Assembly (NCBI RefSeq): GCF_021869535.1
Contig: NW_026262701.1
Span: forward strand, 22,010,001-22,074,000
Length of the DNA stretch: 64,000 bases
Direction: 5' to 3'
Source: Mytilus californianus
Taxonomy: Eukaryota
Under the pieces are notes generated by a model that was given only the letters and a program-made list of their open reading frames with translations, searched no databases and had not been told where the DNA came from. Of this stretch, positions 53,051-64,000 are shown in pieces. A program made the translations under genes and the position numbers. Position 1 is the stretch's first letter. Every line of letters starts with the position of its first letter.

Positions 53051-54727
53051 CTCTAAGACTAAAATTGTCTACTTTTATGTGCCTTCGATGACTTTTTATA
53101 GAGATTCTGATAATTATGAAATAAAAAGACTTCCCAACATAACTTACATTTTCATTTAATATAATGTCGAAATCTATTCAAATTGCAGTAGTTTTAAGCG
53201 AGACATAATCATTTATGATGAGACAAAATATCCTAGGTGGGACATCCCGGATGACAAATTATATGATGTATCTGTTGATTGTCTTTTATTTTTAAAGAAT
53301 TGAACATATGTAAAAGCAAGTTAAAACAACATAAAAATCGTGTTTTGGCGTATTCGATCCAATTTAACGATATTTTAAAAATGCATGTATTCCAAATGAC
53401 TCTGCATGTGGCAAATGTCTGTAAAAAGTAAGGGTGTCGTAAAATATCTTTTCTTTCGATATTATAATGTTAAACCATAACGTTCTGTACTAATGTGTGT
53501 TCATTCACAAATAATATTAATTCAATGAACATCTATTCCTATGTAATTTTTTACAATATTTGATTACTACGTCAAAACTAATTATAAAAGAAATTCAAGT
53601 GTTTACGTATTTCAATTTTGAATCACTGATTGTTTAAGCCAGCACTTTGTCATTGGCTGGTGTGTTATCCTATTTCACACATTTAATCCTCTGTGAAATA
53701 AATTATTATTTGATAAAATTAATTTCCAACTAATAGATTATATCAAAAGCAAAATATATTAATAAATATTTCACAGTTGAAGTCATTATCTTAATAATAA
53801 CTCCATTTACGTTTGATTAAGTTTGTCCAGCATAGCGAAACTATTGACTGAATTTTTGTGTTAAGTTAATTTGCCCGAGTTATTATTTTTTTTAAAGTTT
53901 GTACGAATGGTAATTAACATATTTTTGTTTAGAATGACACTTGTAGTATAGGTAATTGAAAGTATTTGTTCTTTGTGTGTTGATTTTCCTTGGTTACTTT
54001 CTAATCTGCCCAACTAATATTAAGAGTAAGATAAAATCTGAAGAAATAAGTTTCATACCAACTAAAGTACAAGGTAGGCATTTTAAAACTTTTTACTAGA
54101 TGAGAAAAATAAAAGAAATGAAATAATTGATTTTGTAAAAACGAAAATTATTGAAAATAGAAATATGCAAGTTTTTTATTACTAAAATAGTAGGTATTTG
54201 TCGTATGCACCAGCATAATGTTCATTAACAGAGTAAGCAAACTTTTATACAAGTAGTTTATAGCTTCTTCAAATGTATTGTATATCTAATCTTTGGCGAT
54301 TATGCTGTAAAAAAAATATATTTTGTGGTATCGAATGACTGAAAGAAAGAAAAATGCAGACAAAGATGAGAGCTGGGACTATATATTCGTCTTACCTTTA
54401 GAGAAAAAACTTACTCTTCACTACTGCATATGCATACATAATTCTTATTGAATTAACATTAAAAAAAATGCATTTATGATTTGATTAATATGTATTCAAA
54501 TCATCCAGAAACGTGTCACTTTTCGATTGGAATAAAGTAATTTGATAGTGTTTGCACTTTACCATTTTTAATGTCTTCGATTTCTTCTATCCTGTATATG
54601 TCCTGTAAGTCTTTTGTTTTTGGTTGTGGTGGGGGGAGGGGGTAATTATAATTACATCTTGGCTGTATTTTTTTGTATGTGAACCATTCTTATCATAGTT
54701 CCGTTCTACCTTTTTTTAATTTAGAAA

Positions 54728-57700
54728 ATGTCATCTAAAGATCCAGCTATGATTGCTGCAATCGACTTTGGTACTGTGTATTCTGGGTACGCCTTTTCTA
54801 TCATTGATTCTTCCCCAAAAAGGCCATTTACTATTAATGTGAATCAAGCGTGGAATGCTGGAGGACACAACTTGCTTTCCATTAAAACCCCGACGACTCT
54901 TTTACTTGACGCTAGCAAACAGCTTGTGGCTTTTGGGTACCAGGCTGAAAATAGATATACGGAATTAGAAATGGATGGTAAAATTGACGGCTATTATTAC
55001 TTTCATAGATTTAAAATTAAATTGCTTGAAAAAGAGGTAAGTTTCATCTGCTATTCTATTATAATTAAGATTGCACAAAATCCGATTGTTTCATTCGTAA
55101 ATAAGTGAGATACTGTATTTCATTTTTTTTTTGTAAAATTGCAAAAAAAAAAAGACTAAGATAATATGTTTCAGATAAGTTCATTTATCAGACAGTGCTA
55201 TAGTAGCGCTGGGTTGTTTCCACTGCTGGTTGACTGTTAGTCCCCGAGGTTATCATTAGCTCAGTAGTCAATAACTCGGCACTAACATGATTTATTGCAT
55301 ATTATTCTTGAATAAAAGCTCCGTTGATAAATTAAGAAACTACTGAGAAACTATAAAGTTCCAACTCCTTCAGGCAAAGTTGACTTTAGATGTATTTGAC
55401 AATTCTTTTTATATAGATATAAGAAGATGTGGTATGAGTGCCAATGAGACAACTCTCCATCCAAGTCAAAATTTATAAAAGTAAACCAATATAGGTCAAA
55501 GTACGGTCTTCAACACGGAGCCTTGGCTCACACCGAACAGCAAGCTATAAAGAGCCCCAAAATGACTAGTGTAAAACCATTCAAACGGGAAAACCAACGG
55601 TCTATATATAAAAAAACGAGACGTCCCTTTTGTTTATGTAGCTCCTCATGTCATATAGCTCTTCACGTGTTGTTTACATTGTTGTTGGCATTCAAAAGTT
55701 TGTGTTTGAGCGTTCCTGATGTTGGTCAATCCAGAAAAGCTCTTCGGACGCACGAGGGATACAAATACAGAGGACATTGTATACCGAGCTCTTTACAAGT
55801 ACTTATATCAACAATATCATTATTTTTTTTTTGTTGTCAATAAATCTGTTGAACCAAGAGGGAAAAGTTTAAAAAGTTAAACTCGTTTGTATTTTGATAA
55901 TATTTTGAATATCATGTTTGGTGTTTTCCAGAATTTGTCATCTGATACTGAACTAGCAGACATTAAAGGAAAACCAGTTCCAGCAAAAGAAGTATTCGCT
56001 TTATCAATACGATTTTTAAAACAGCATTTGATTAACTCTTTATCGAGACAAGGTGTTGATGTGGCTGACTTCAGAATCCAATGGGTTCTAACCGTGCCCT
56101 CTATTTGGTCAGATGGTGCAAAGCAATTCATGCGGCAATGTGCAGTGAAGGTAAATTAAGTCATCATAGATATTAGGCTTAAAATTGTTGCGCCAGATGC
56201 ACGTTTCGTCTACCAAAGACTCATCTGTGACGCTCGAATCAAAAAAGTTTAAAATGACAAATAATATACGAAGTTGAAGAGCCCATACAGTTGCTCCTTA
56301 TCAATTTTAACTGCTTCTTGTTATCTCTGAATTACATACCAAGTGCAAGACTTTGCAGTATCTAAATACAGTTTTTGCCACCCGTATTCAAATAAAAATG
56401 AATGTTGTATTCTACTAAAACATTTAAAGTAAGCATGAAGATTCAACATGCCAAAAAATGTCCATTTATTATGTAATTTATCTTTAATTCAAAGTGTCTC
56501 AATTTGTAAGAGAAGTAAAGTCGGGTTAGATAACAAAAGCATATCCAACACTATTCTAATGTATTTAGGCAGGTATACCAAATGACAGTCTGGTGATTTC
56601 CCTCGAATCAGAAGCAGCATCAATATTCTGCCATCATATTTCATCAAACCTGTCAGTCGGTGCTAATACAGGTGTTTTGTCATCGAAGAAAGGAATACAA
56701 TATATGGTAGTCGACATGGGAGGTACGATTTGCTATATATATATACAGTAAAAATGTGCACAGGAAATGTCGGGCAAAAGGTGAAAGAAAAAAGTTATTG
56801 ATTGTTTTAAATGTCACAAGAAAATTATCGTAACAGAGAAAAACAATCAATATGTTTTTTTTTTCTATTTTTTCCTTTTGAATGGCTCTTATAATTTAAA
56901 TCTCCAGAGTGATTATTGGCAAAATATAAGAACATCGGTGTGACAAAAAAAAAACAAAAACATAAAAGGGAAAGAGTCAGGTGTTCATTGTCAAAATTTG
57001 TCTTTGTTTGTTACAAGTAAAACAGGCTTACACGTATTTAAAATTTAATTTATTTTTTTGTTGGTAAACATTACTCTATGACATTGCTTGTTTAATCGCA
57101 GGTGGAACCAGTGATATAACAGCTTTAGAAAACATCGGCAAAAACCAATTAAAAGAAATTTGCAGGGCAAGTGGTGCTGATTGTGGCGGTATTGCCGTGG
57201 ACAATGCATTCTATACAATTTTTATGCACATCGTCGGACAAGCTGTTATTGATGATTTGACTAATTCAAGCCCTTCAGCTTACTTGGATTTGTTCAGAGA
57301 ATTCGAATGCGTAAAGCGATCTTTAACTCCCGAACAAACAGGAAAAATTACCATGTCGATTCCTTTTCTCACCTTGACGCAAGTTTGTGAGAAACATCAC
57401 AATAAAGATTTTGTAAGCTTATTAAAAGCGTCTAATTATAACCATCAAATGACGATTGTCAACGACAAATTACGAATTGAAATTGATTTATTAAAACTGT
57501 TGTTCAAACAAACTACAGACAAAATTGTCAATCTGATAAAAGATAACTTGCACCAGGTACAAAATAAACGAGCGGTCAATGTCATTTTAGTTGGAGGGTT
57601 CTCCGAAAGTCTCATTGTGCAACATGCAATAAAGTCTTCTATTCCATCTCATAATATCATAGTTCCAAACGAAGCTACTCTCGCAGTTTTGAAAGGAGCA

Positions 57701-58156
57701 GTCATTTTCGGAACTGATCCAAATGTTATCGTATCTCGTGTTGTACGTTATACATATGGATTTCAAGTTTCCAACGATTTTGATCCGAAATTACACGAAT
57801 TCCTTCGACAAGTTGAAGTTGACGGTTTACAACTTTGCGAGAAAGTATTTGAAAAGTTTATGGTGATCAATTCAACAGTAAGTCTTGGACAGAAAATTAA
57901 GGAAACTTTTACGACCACCAAAAAATTCCAAGAGCTTCACTATCTACCTCTCTTCACTTCAACGAAGAAAGAACCAGGGTATACTGATGACAAAACATGT
58001 AAACATGCTGGGAATGTGGTCGTTAGAATTCCGAACCCAACTGAAAAATATCGTGATATAGATGTCACTATTTGTTTCGGACATACTGAACTTCAAATAG
58101 AGGCTGTTGACGTTGAATCGGGTAATATGTGTCAAACGACGTTTGAATATGTATGA
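54728..58156 (+). CDS. HSPA12: Heat shock 70 kDa protein 12-like (HSPA12A/B family), 578 aa, 4 coding exons
   Basis: Exons 54728-55036, 55932-56150, 56569-56722, 57102-58156, with GT-AG and phases 0,0,1; total 1737 nt. Motifs: AAIDFGTVYSGYAFS, KTPTTLLL, WVLTVPSIWSDGAKQFMRQCA, LESEAAS, YMVVDMGGGTSDIT, GGIAVD, LVGGFSES, FGHTELQIEA. Confidence 0.93.
55190..55800 (+). mobile_element. Retrozyme-type repeat in HSPA12 intron 1 with hammerhead at 55710-55751, interrupted by a SINE-like insert (55412-55621)
   Basis: gcgttc-CTGATGT-tgg tcaat cca-GAAA-agctcTTC-ggacgc; 5' part matches 51460-51550 inverted. Confidence 0.65.
56185..56285 (-). mobile_element. Second-family retrozyme fragment with a mutated hammerhead (56191-56232), HSPA12 intron 2
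   Basis: Minus strand: cgtca-CAGATGA-gtct ttggt agac-GAAA-cgtgcaTC-tggcg. Confidence 0.65.
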
Positions 58157-58264
58157 ATTCAAAGTGCAAAATATTTTACATTGTATCAGGTAACTGACAT
58201 CCTTTTTTAAGATATCATAATGAATATCATGTTTAACTGTGTTTTTCTTATGTCAACTTTATAT

Positions 58265-58660
58265 TCATTATACCTCCGCTCCAAAGGAAGGGATACACTG
58301 TTTTCCGTCCGTGTTACCGTCCGTTCCATCAAGTTTTCGTCGCATTCTTCTGAGAACTACAAATCAGAGTTTCTTCTATTTTTATATCAAGCTCTATGTT
58401 AGCATGTTGTACTGTGTGGTGTATTTTCAGATTCATCGCAAATCAACTTCCTGTTCATCGAATACTTGTGTATTCTTTCACATAATGGACTTGTATGAAA
58501 TTTTCGTCGCCACTACAGATTTAGGCTTTCTGTAATTCGGAACAAGCTTCATGTAAGAGCTATATCATGTGATACATTTTTTCATCCCTAATTACTCATT
58601 AACTTTCTGATTACCGAAAAATTATAGCGGGAGTGAGTACTAGCATTAAACTCACCATAT
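58265..58660 (-). mobile_element. HINE-like element
   Basis: tatacctccgct...gggatacactg terminal hairpin; ccgtccgt microsatellite; far-end agcgggagtgag...ctcac. Confidence 0.6.
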
Positions 58661-58674
58661 CTACCTGGCTTAAA

Positions 58675-58870
58675 ATTGTGTACGCCAGACGCGCGTTTTG
58701 TCTACAAAACTTAAAGACTGATCAGTGACGCTCGAATCAAACAAGTTAAAAAGGCCAAATAAAGTACGAAGTTAAAGAGCACTGATGACCCAAAATTCCA
58801 AAAGGTTTTGCCAAATACAGCTAAGGTAATTCTAATAAAATCCTTAGAATTTCAATTAATTCAAAGTTTT
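58675..58870 (-). mobile_element. Second-family retrozyme fragment with a mutated hammerhead (58683-58730)
   Basis: Minus strand: cgtca-CTGATCA-gtct...agac-AAAA-cgcgcGTC-tggcg; flanks match 56185-56285. Confidence 0.65.
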
Positions 58871-59609
58871 GTAAACAGTTAATTTATGATTCTGACCATG
58901 TCAATAATAATTCATGTCAACATTTTTAAAAATAGTATATGTTTACAGTAGACGATCTGTTTTTCTACCAGCTAAGCAATATCACCGCGCTGAAGTATGT
59001 GGTGTTTCCTATTCTATGAGAACGACCAACCACCGGTTGAATCACGTTCCGTCATCGGTCACGGTCAACAATTAGTTAAACTAGTTTAATACCCTTCATG
59101 TTTGTTATGTTGACTCCTTTATTATTGTGGATAAAACGAATAATTATGAATAAGGGGCTGGGTTCTCATCTTTTATTTGTAGGTAATATATCAAAACCTA
59201 GTAAAGGAACAACAGAAATTAATGTAGAAAGTGAAAATTGGAAAAAGAATATTATCATTATGTATTGTAATACCAAGCCCAAAAGTAAAAACAATCATTC
59301 AAACCAATACATATCGTAATTATGTAAACCTACGATCTTTCTACGAAACAATTTACAATAGTTTTTTACAGTTCAACGATTTTAAAATTTTGACTACTGA
59401 TCGGTATAAACGGTTTAAAAAACAAATCAGCAATTACTGTTTCAATATGAATAGGTAAGGAAGTTTATTATTTTCATACGATTTGCATTTACTTTCAATA
59501 TAACTAAGTCTACTTTGGTATCAACATGATATGTGTGCTTATATCATGAACAGTATTACTTTCGAAATATCATAATTATTAGTTTCAATAACATTTTTTT
59601 CAACTGACA

Positions 59610-59990
59610 TTTTATGAAAAGGAAACTATATCCATCATTTGACGTCCGTCATCGTCTGTAAAAATTTCACATTTTCACCTTCTTCTTGTTGATCAAGAAG
59701 CAAGCATAGCGGCATGCGGAATTATGGTACACAGTTTTCTCATTGTTTACATAGAAATGACATGGAACTACTCGGCTGATGTGAACCAAACTTGGCATGA
59801 ATAATGTATGCAAGGTCGCCTTATACAAGTGATTGGTCAAGGTCAAATGAAACAATATGACCATCCGTTGCAATCTTTGATACTGATAGGCCAATTTTCA
59901 AAAATATGGTCTTGCAACTTCAAGTCCTGCGAACCTTGATGAAACTTGACGATATTTATGATTTGTAAACTCTCTACAATTATCCTCATT
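59610..59990 (-). mobile_element. Degenerate HINE-like fragment
   Basis: gacgtccgtcatcgtctgtaaa..., caaacttggc, gaaacttg blocks as in 48379-49469. Confidence 0.5.
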
Positions 59991-60050
59991 CAAGGTTGTT
60001 CGGGTTGCAAACATGGTTTAGTTTGTGGCACATAATTTCTCATTGAAACC

Positions 60051-60150
60051 CACAGGCACTTGTCTCCGAAAAAAAACACCTATATACTTTAATGTAAGAT
60101 TATAGTAAAGTATAGAGGTAAACAAATTTCAAGACAAATATGCCTGTGTT
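60051..60150. mobile_element. Small palindromic MITE
   Basis: cacaggcacttgtct ... agacaaatatgcctgtg; related to 22939-23030. Confidence 0.55.
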
Positions 60151-60703
60151 GAAACCCTATGGAAAATCACTTTTTTAACTAACCTGCAAATACTAGGCCA
60201 TGAAAAATAAAACCGTGGATGGAATGTTGGTTCATTTAATTATCACCATGAAACAGCTTCCTATTTCAGTTGCATGTGATAATTCATTTTTAAAGTTTTC
60301 TATAGACTTAAAAGTTATGTTTGGTCACGTGTTGTGTTTATTTTCCAACTTTTATTTCTCAAATACAAAACGAACTAGCTATAGTCAAAAGGGAAGTAAC
60401 TTAGTTTTTCCTACCTTGAAAAAAATACTAATTGGTCGGATTCGGTATTATTTGTACAAAGTATCATACATTAATTTTGTTATATATATAATGATATAAA
60501 TTCAATGGTTAATAAAGGTCTAGGCTGTGATAACCAATGTTTGCAAAATACTGTTTTCTTACATACACCTTTTTTAAACTAATAACACGCTACAACTCTT
60601 CTTTTCAGCTATAATAATCTGACTTAATTTTGCAATTTTACTACACTATTATTAATACTAATATATAGTAGAGTGGTCTTAGTAGATCTTAATTGACTAG
60701 GAT

Positions 60704-60838
60704 TGTCAGTTTTCCTACCGAAGGTCGGTGGTTCTTTCCGGGCACTCCGGCTTCCTTCACCATTAACAAAAACTAACCGCCACAAAATAGCCAATAGTGC
60801 TGAAAATGGCGTTAAACATCAATCAATCAATCAATCAA
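60704..60838 (+). mobile_element. SINE 3' part with (AATC)n tail
   Basis: ggtggttctttccgggcactccggcttcc body (Deu-domain-like) ending in tcaatcaatcaatcaa. Confidence 0.6.
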
Positions 60839-61757
60839 GTTATGATTTATTCGAAACACTTAGATTTTTCTATCCTCAGGTCCAAGAATAAACGGCGTTA
60901 GTCAGAGTTTGCACAACTTTTTGTATTTTTTGTATTTCGATGCTCTTTTGCTTCGCTTGTGATTTGGCCTTCGACCTTTTTTAATCGAGTGCCACTGACA
61001 AATAATTTTATGTAGACTAAACGCGAGGTTGGCGTACTAAATAATAAGACTAGTATCTGATGAGCTTTTACATCAATTTTGAAATTGTTTCTTTCTACCT
61101 TTATAATCCAGTGAAAATGATAGATGTTAATGCATATGCAAAACAAAACCAACTTATATTACAAAAATCAAGCAATACTTTATTCTATGTCTAACTACTG
61201 CATAAACGTCAGGTTAACGAAAGTTCAAACATGTATGTGTAGGCTGTAAGTTCCATTAAAAAAGTACTAGTATAACAAAAATACCGAACTTCAAGGTAAA
61301 TTAAAATAAAATCCATAAAAACTGACAAAATCACAAGTTAGACTTTATCAACCATCGGAACGAATCGAAAACAACTGTCGTATTCCTGACTTCCTACGGG
61401 CATTTTGGCAGTTGTTTATAGTTCCGTTATATTGACAAAATTGGATAAGCAATCTTAACAGACAAATTAGGTTAATGTGACAATAATTGATATCCAGCAG
61501 CCAAAACTTAGTAAACATCTAACATCACAGACATACAACACAACTGACTGAAAACTTCAAACAAATATACATACAAATAAACATTAAAAAAAGACGCCAA
61601 CAAAAAAGTGTGTGTGTAGTTGATTGTAAATTTGACAAAAACGCCAAAAAAGGTTTTGTAGTTGATAGTACATACAGTACATAGTATACACTCTCTCGAA
61701 AAGGTACAAATTACTTAAAAATAAAGACTAGGGAAAACAAAATAAAAACAAAACTTT

Positions 61758-62075
61758 GCAAACGAGCTCATACGTGAAACTCTCGCGAATTTCACATGAA
61801 TTTAGATTCACATACGTCTCGCGTGAAATTCATGTGAACTTTTCAAAACAAATTGGCCTTTTCATGATTTCGATTAAATTTTATAATTTAGATAATATTT
61901 GGTAACTTTATTTTTGAAAATTCATGTGAATTTCACGTGATAAATTCATGTGATTTGCACGTGAAATTCACATGAAATTCACATAAAACTATGAAATCAG
62001 TTCATGTGATTTCACGTATAAGCTCGTTTGATGTAACATTCAAGTGAAATCACGTGAAAGAAATTTCCCTGTGTA
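61758..62075. repeat. Array of TTCAC(A/G)TGAA motifs with inverted ends; probably a transposon subterminal region
   Basis: caaacgagctcatacgtgaaa / ttcacgtataagctcgtttg inverted pair; ends in aaatttccctgtg. Confidence 0.6.
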
Positions 62076-62526
62076 GAATCTATAACTCGAGACCATCTTG
62101 TATTATTTGTAAAATAGACACTGAATATTTATCTATACTTGGTATTGGTAGTACTTTCCAATGAACTTTTTGAGAAAAAGGACGAGGCGCTCTATGACAA
62201 AATCCTGGCTCATCAATCTTTCGCTCAGACACCGATGTATATAGAAAAGGGTACAAATGAAATAGATACAAAATAAAGTAAGGATTCTATCAGTGAGGAC
62301 TTCAATGCATAGCTCATTATTTCTACTTTGATTATTAAAACATTATTTTGACTAAATAGCTTTTATGCATGTATTGAAATTGTTTTGGCTTTAAGCAACA
62401 TTTGCCACATGAAAGTACCATAAAATGTTTCAGTGATTTTTTTTTTTATATATATATTCATGCATCGGTCTATACAACTTTTGTTAGTTCAGTGGTGTGT
62501 ATAGTTTTCTAGATGAAAAGAGAATA

Positions 62527-62635
62527 AAATTGAGAATGGAAATGGGGAATGTGTCTAAGAGACAACAACCCGACCAAACAGCAGAAAACAGCCCAAGGCC
62601 ACCAATGGTCTTCAACACAGCGAGAAAATCGTGCA
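62527..62635 (+). mobile_element. SINE-like repeat fragment (aaattgagaatggaaatggg family)
   Basis: Matches 47090-47200. Confidence 0.8.
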
Positions 62636-62874
62636 CCCGTTTACGTATGTTTTAAAGCCACTAAAATGGATGGAACGAGGCGCTGGATATCCACAAACGA
62701 GACAGCAATCAAACTATACAACAACCAAAAGACACCTACAGGTCAATATACAGTCTTAACTATAGACGATAATTATAGATTATCGTTGATCATCTCAACG
62801 AGATTGATTTTCTCGCTTGAGCCGGTACGGCGAAAGTGAGAAAAGCAATTAAGTTGAGATGACCAATGATAATC

Positions 62875-63047
62875 TGTTTATCGCTATTTTACCTATGACG
62901 AAGTTGTCAATGTTATGTCAATTTCATTAGCAACGCCACGTGCCCACTTAGTTTCTAGCGATAATTTTCATATCACTCGACTCCACCGAGAAAGGAAATT
63001 ATCAGTGAGCAAGATCAAAGGAAAATTTCGCAAAATAGCGATAAACA
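62875..63047. mobile_element. MITE with 15-bp TIR
   Basis: tgtttatcgctattt / aaatagcgataaaca. Confidence 0.65.
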
Positions 63048-64000
63048 ATATATCAGGCTCTAAATCACACAGAGTCTAAAATCAACAGATGTCAAATATC
63101 TCTTAAGACATGATCGATATTAGAAAACCTCTTATTAAGGACATGGACATGGACATGAATAAAACTAGTTTTATTTTTTTTTAGATCTCATCCGTCCCCC
63201 TTTTTAAATCTGACACGACTTTGAGCAATGAATAGAACAAACTGAACCTGTGCGAAATTTCAATGAAGAAAATAAATACAACATGTTAGTCTTGCTTCTA
63301 AACTATAAATTAGCGAATTGATGTTCATTTCTATAAATCTATATATAAATAAAAACATAAAAGCTATAGGGAACTTCCAAAAATTGTAAAAATCAATTCT
63401 CAATTTAAACATTTAATTGTCACACTCTATTAAGCCAAAATAAATATCTTTCTTTGTAATTCTTTAATATGGACCCATGTGGTTTGCAGCGGTTTAGTAA
63501 TTATATGATTTTCATATGTAAACTCTATAAAAAAAATATATTATGTTTTGAATAAATTATTTGCACAGTAATTAATTACAAAATGACGTCGGCTTACTCC
63601 GGCAATAACATAAAGAAAACTTCTATTGGGATTTCAATATTTTATTTACAAACTGGAAAATTCATTATTCAACTCTTTAAACTGTTGTGACATGAAATCA
63701 ATAGATATATGGCTTTATTGGATTGTACATATGTTCAACAATTGTTATCTTGATATCAGATCCGAAAACACTCCACCTCTACAATTTTGATAATTCCTCC
63801 ATATTAAAACTAGTATTGTCTTCTGAGTTAAAGTTTTGTATTTTCATAGGATGGTTTTCAATAACTTCCCGACAAAATATTGTCATCATCCGTCAGAATT
63901 GAAAATAATAAAGAAAGGTAGAGGACAACAAAGAGTGATCAAAAACCACAAACCAAAGACCATATAATATCATACCAGTTACTATATTACAAAAAACATT

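Noticed and set aside
55523-55843. 106-aa ORF in HSPA12 intron 1, and the 96-aa ORF at 62549-62839
   Set aside because: They are chance frames across SINE-like and retrozyme repeats.

Overview
AT-rich, intron-rich eukaryotic DNA. The repeat families and the HSPA12 gene suggest a bivalve mollusc, probably a Mytilus-type mussel (inference). Three spliced genes were rebuilt by hand from GT-AG sites and frame/phase continuity. (1) The 5' part of TBC1D32/BROMI on the minus strand: 17 coding exons, 18697 down to 394, continuing beyond the window start. (2) A six-exon plus-strand gene (33983-44123, about 1182 aa) that the ORF track shows only in part. A 2.7-kb exon encodes a lineage-specific-looking region with three 74-aa tandem repeats, spliced in frame to five small exons encoding a C14orf28-like, USP-type cysteine-protease domain with Cys, His and Asp motifs present. 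(3) A four-exon HSPA12-type Hsp70 gene (54728-58156, 578 aa). The rest is mostly mobile DNA: Penelope-like RT fragments, hammerhead-ribozyme (retrozyme-type) repeats, Helentron-associated HINE-like elements, hAT-type elements with TSDs, fold-back elements, SINEs and MITEs. A recurrent oddity: four TBC1D32 exons have their 3' end plus splice donor amplified as a tandem array running into the intron. Family assignments come from recalled motifs, not database searches.
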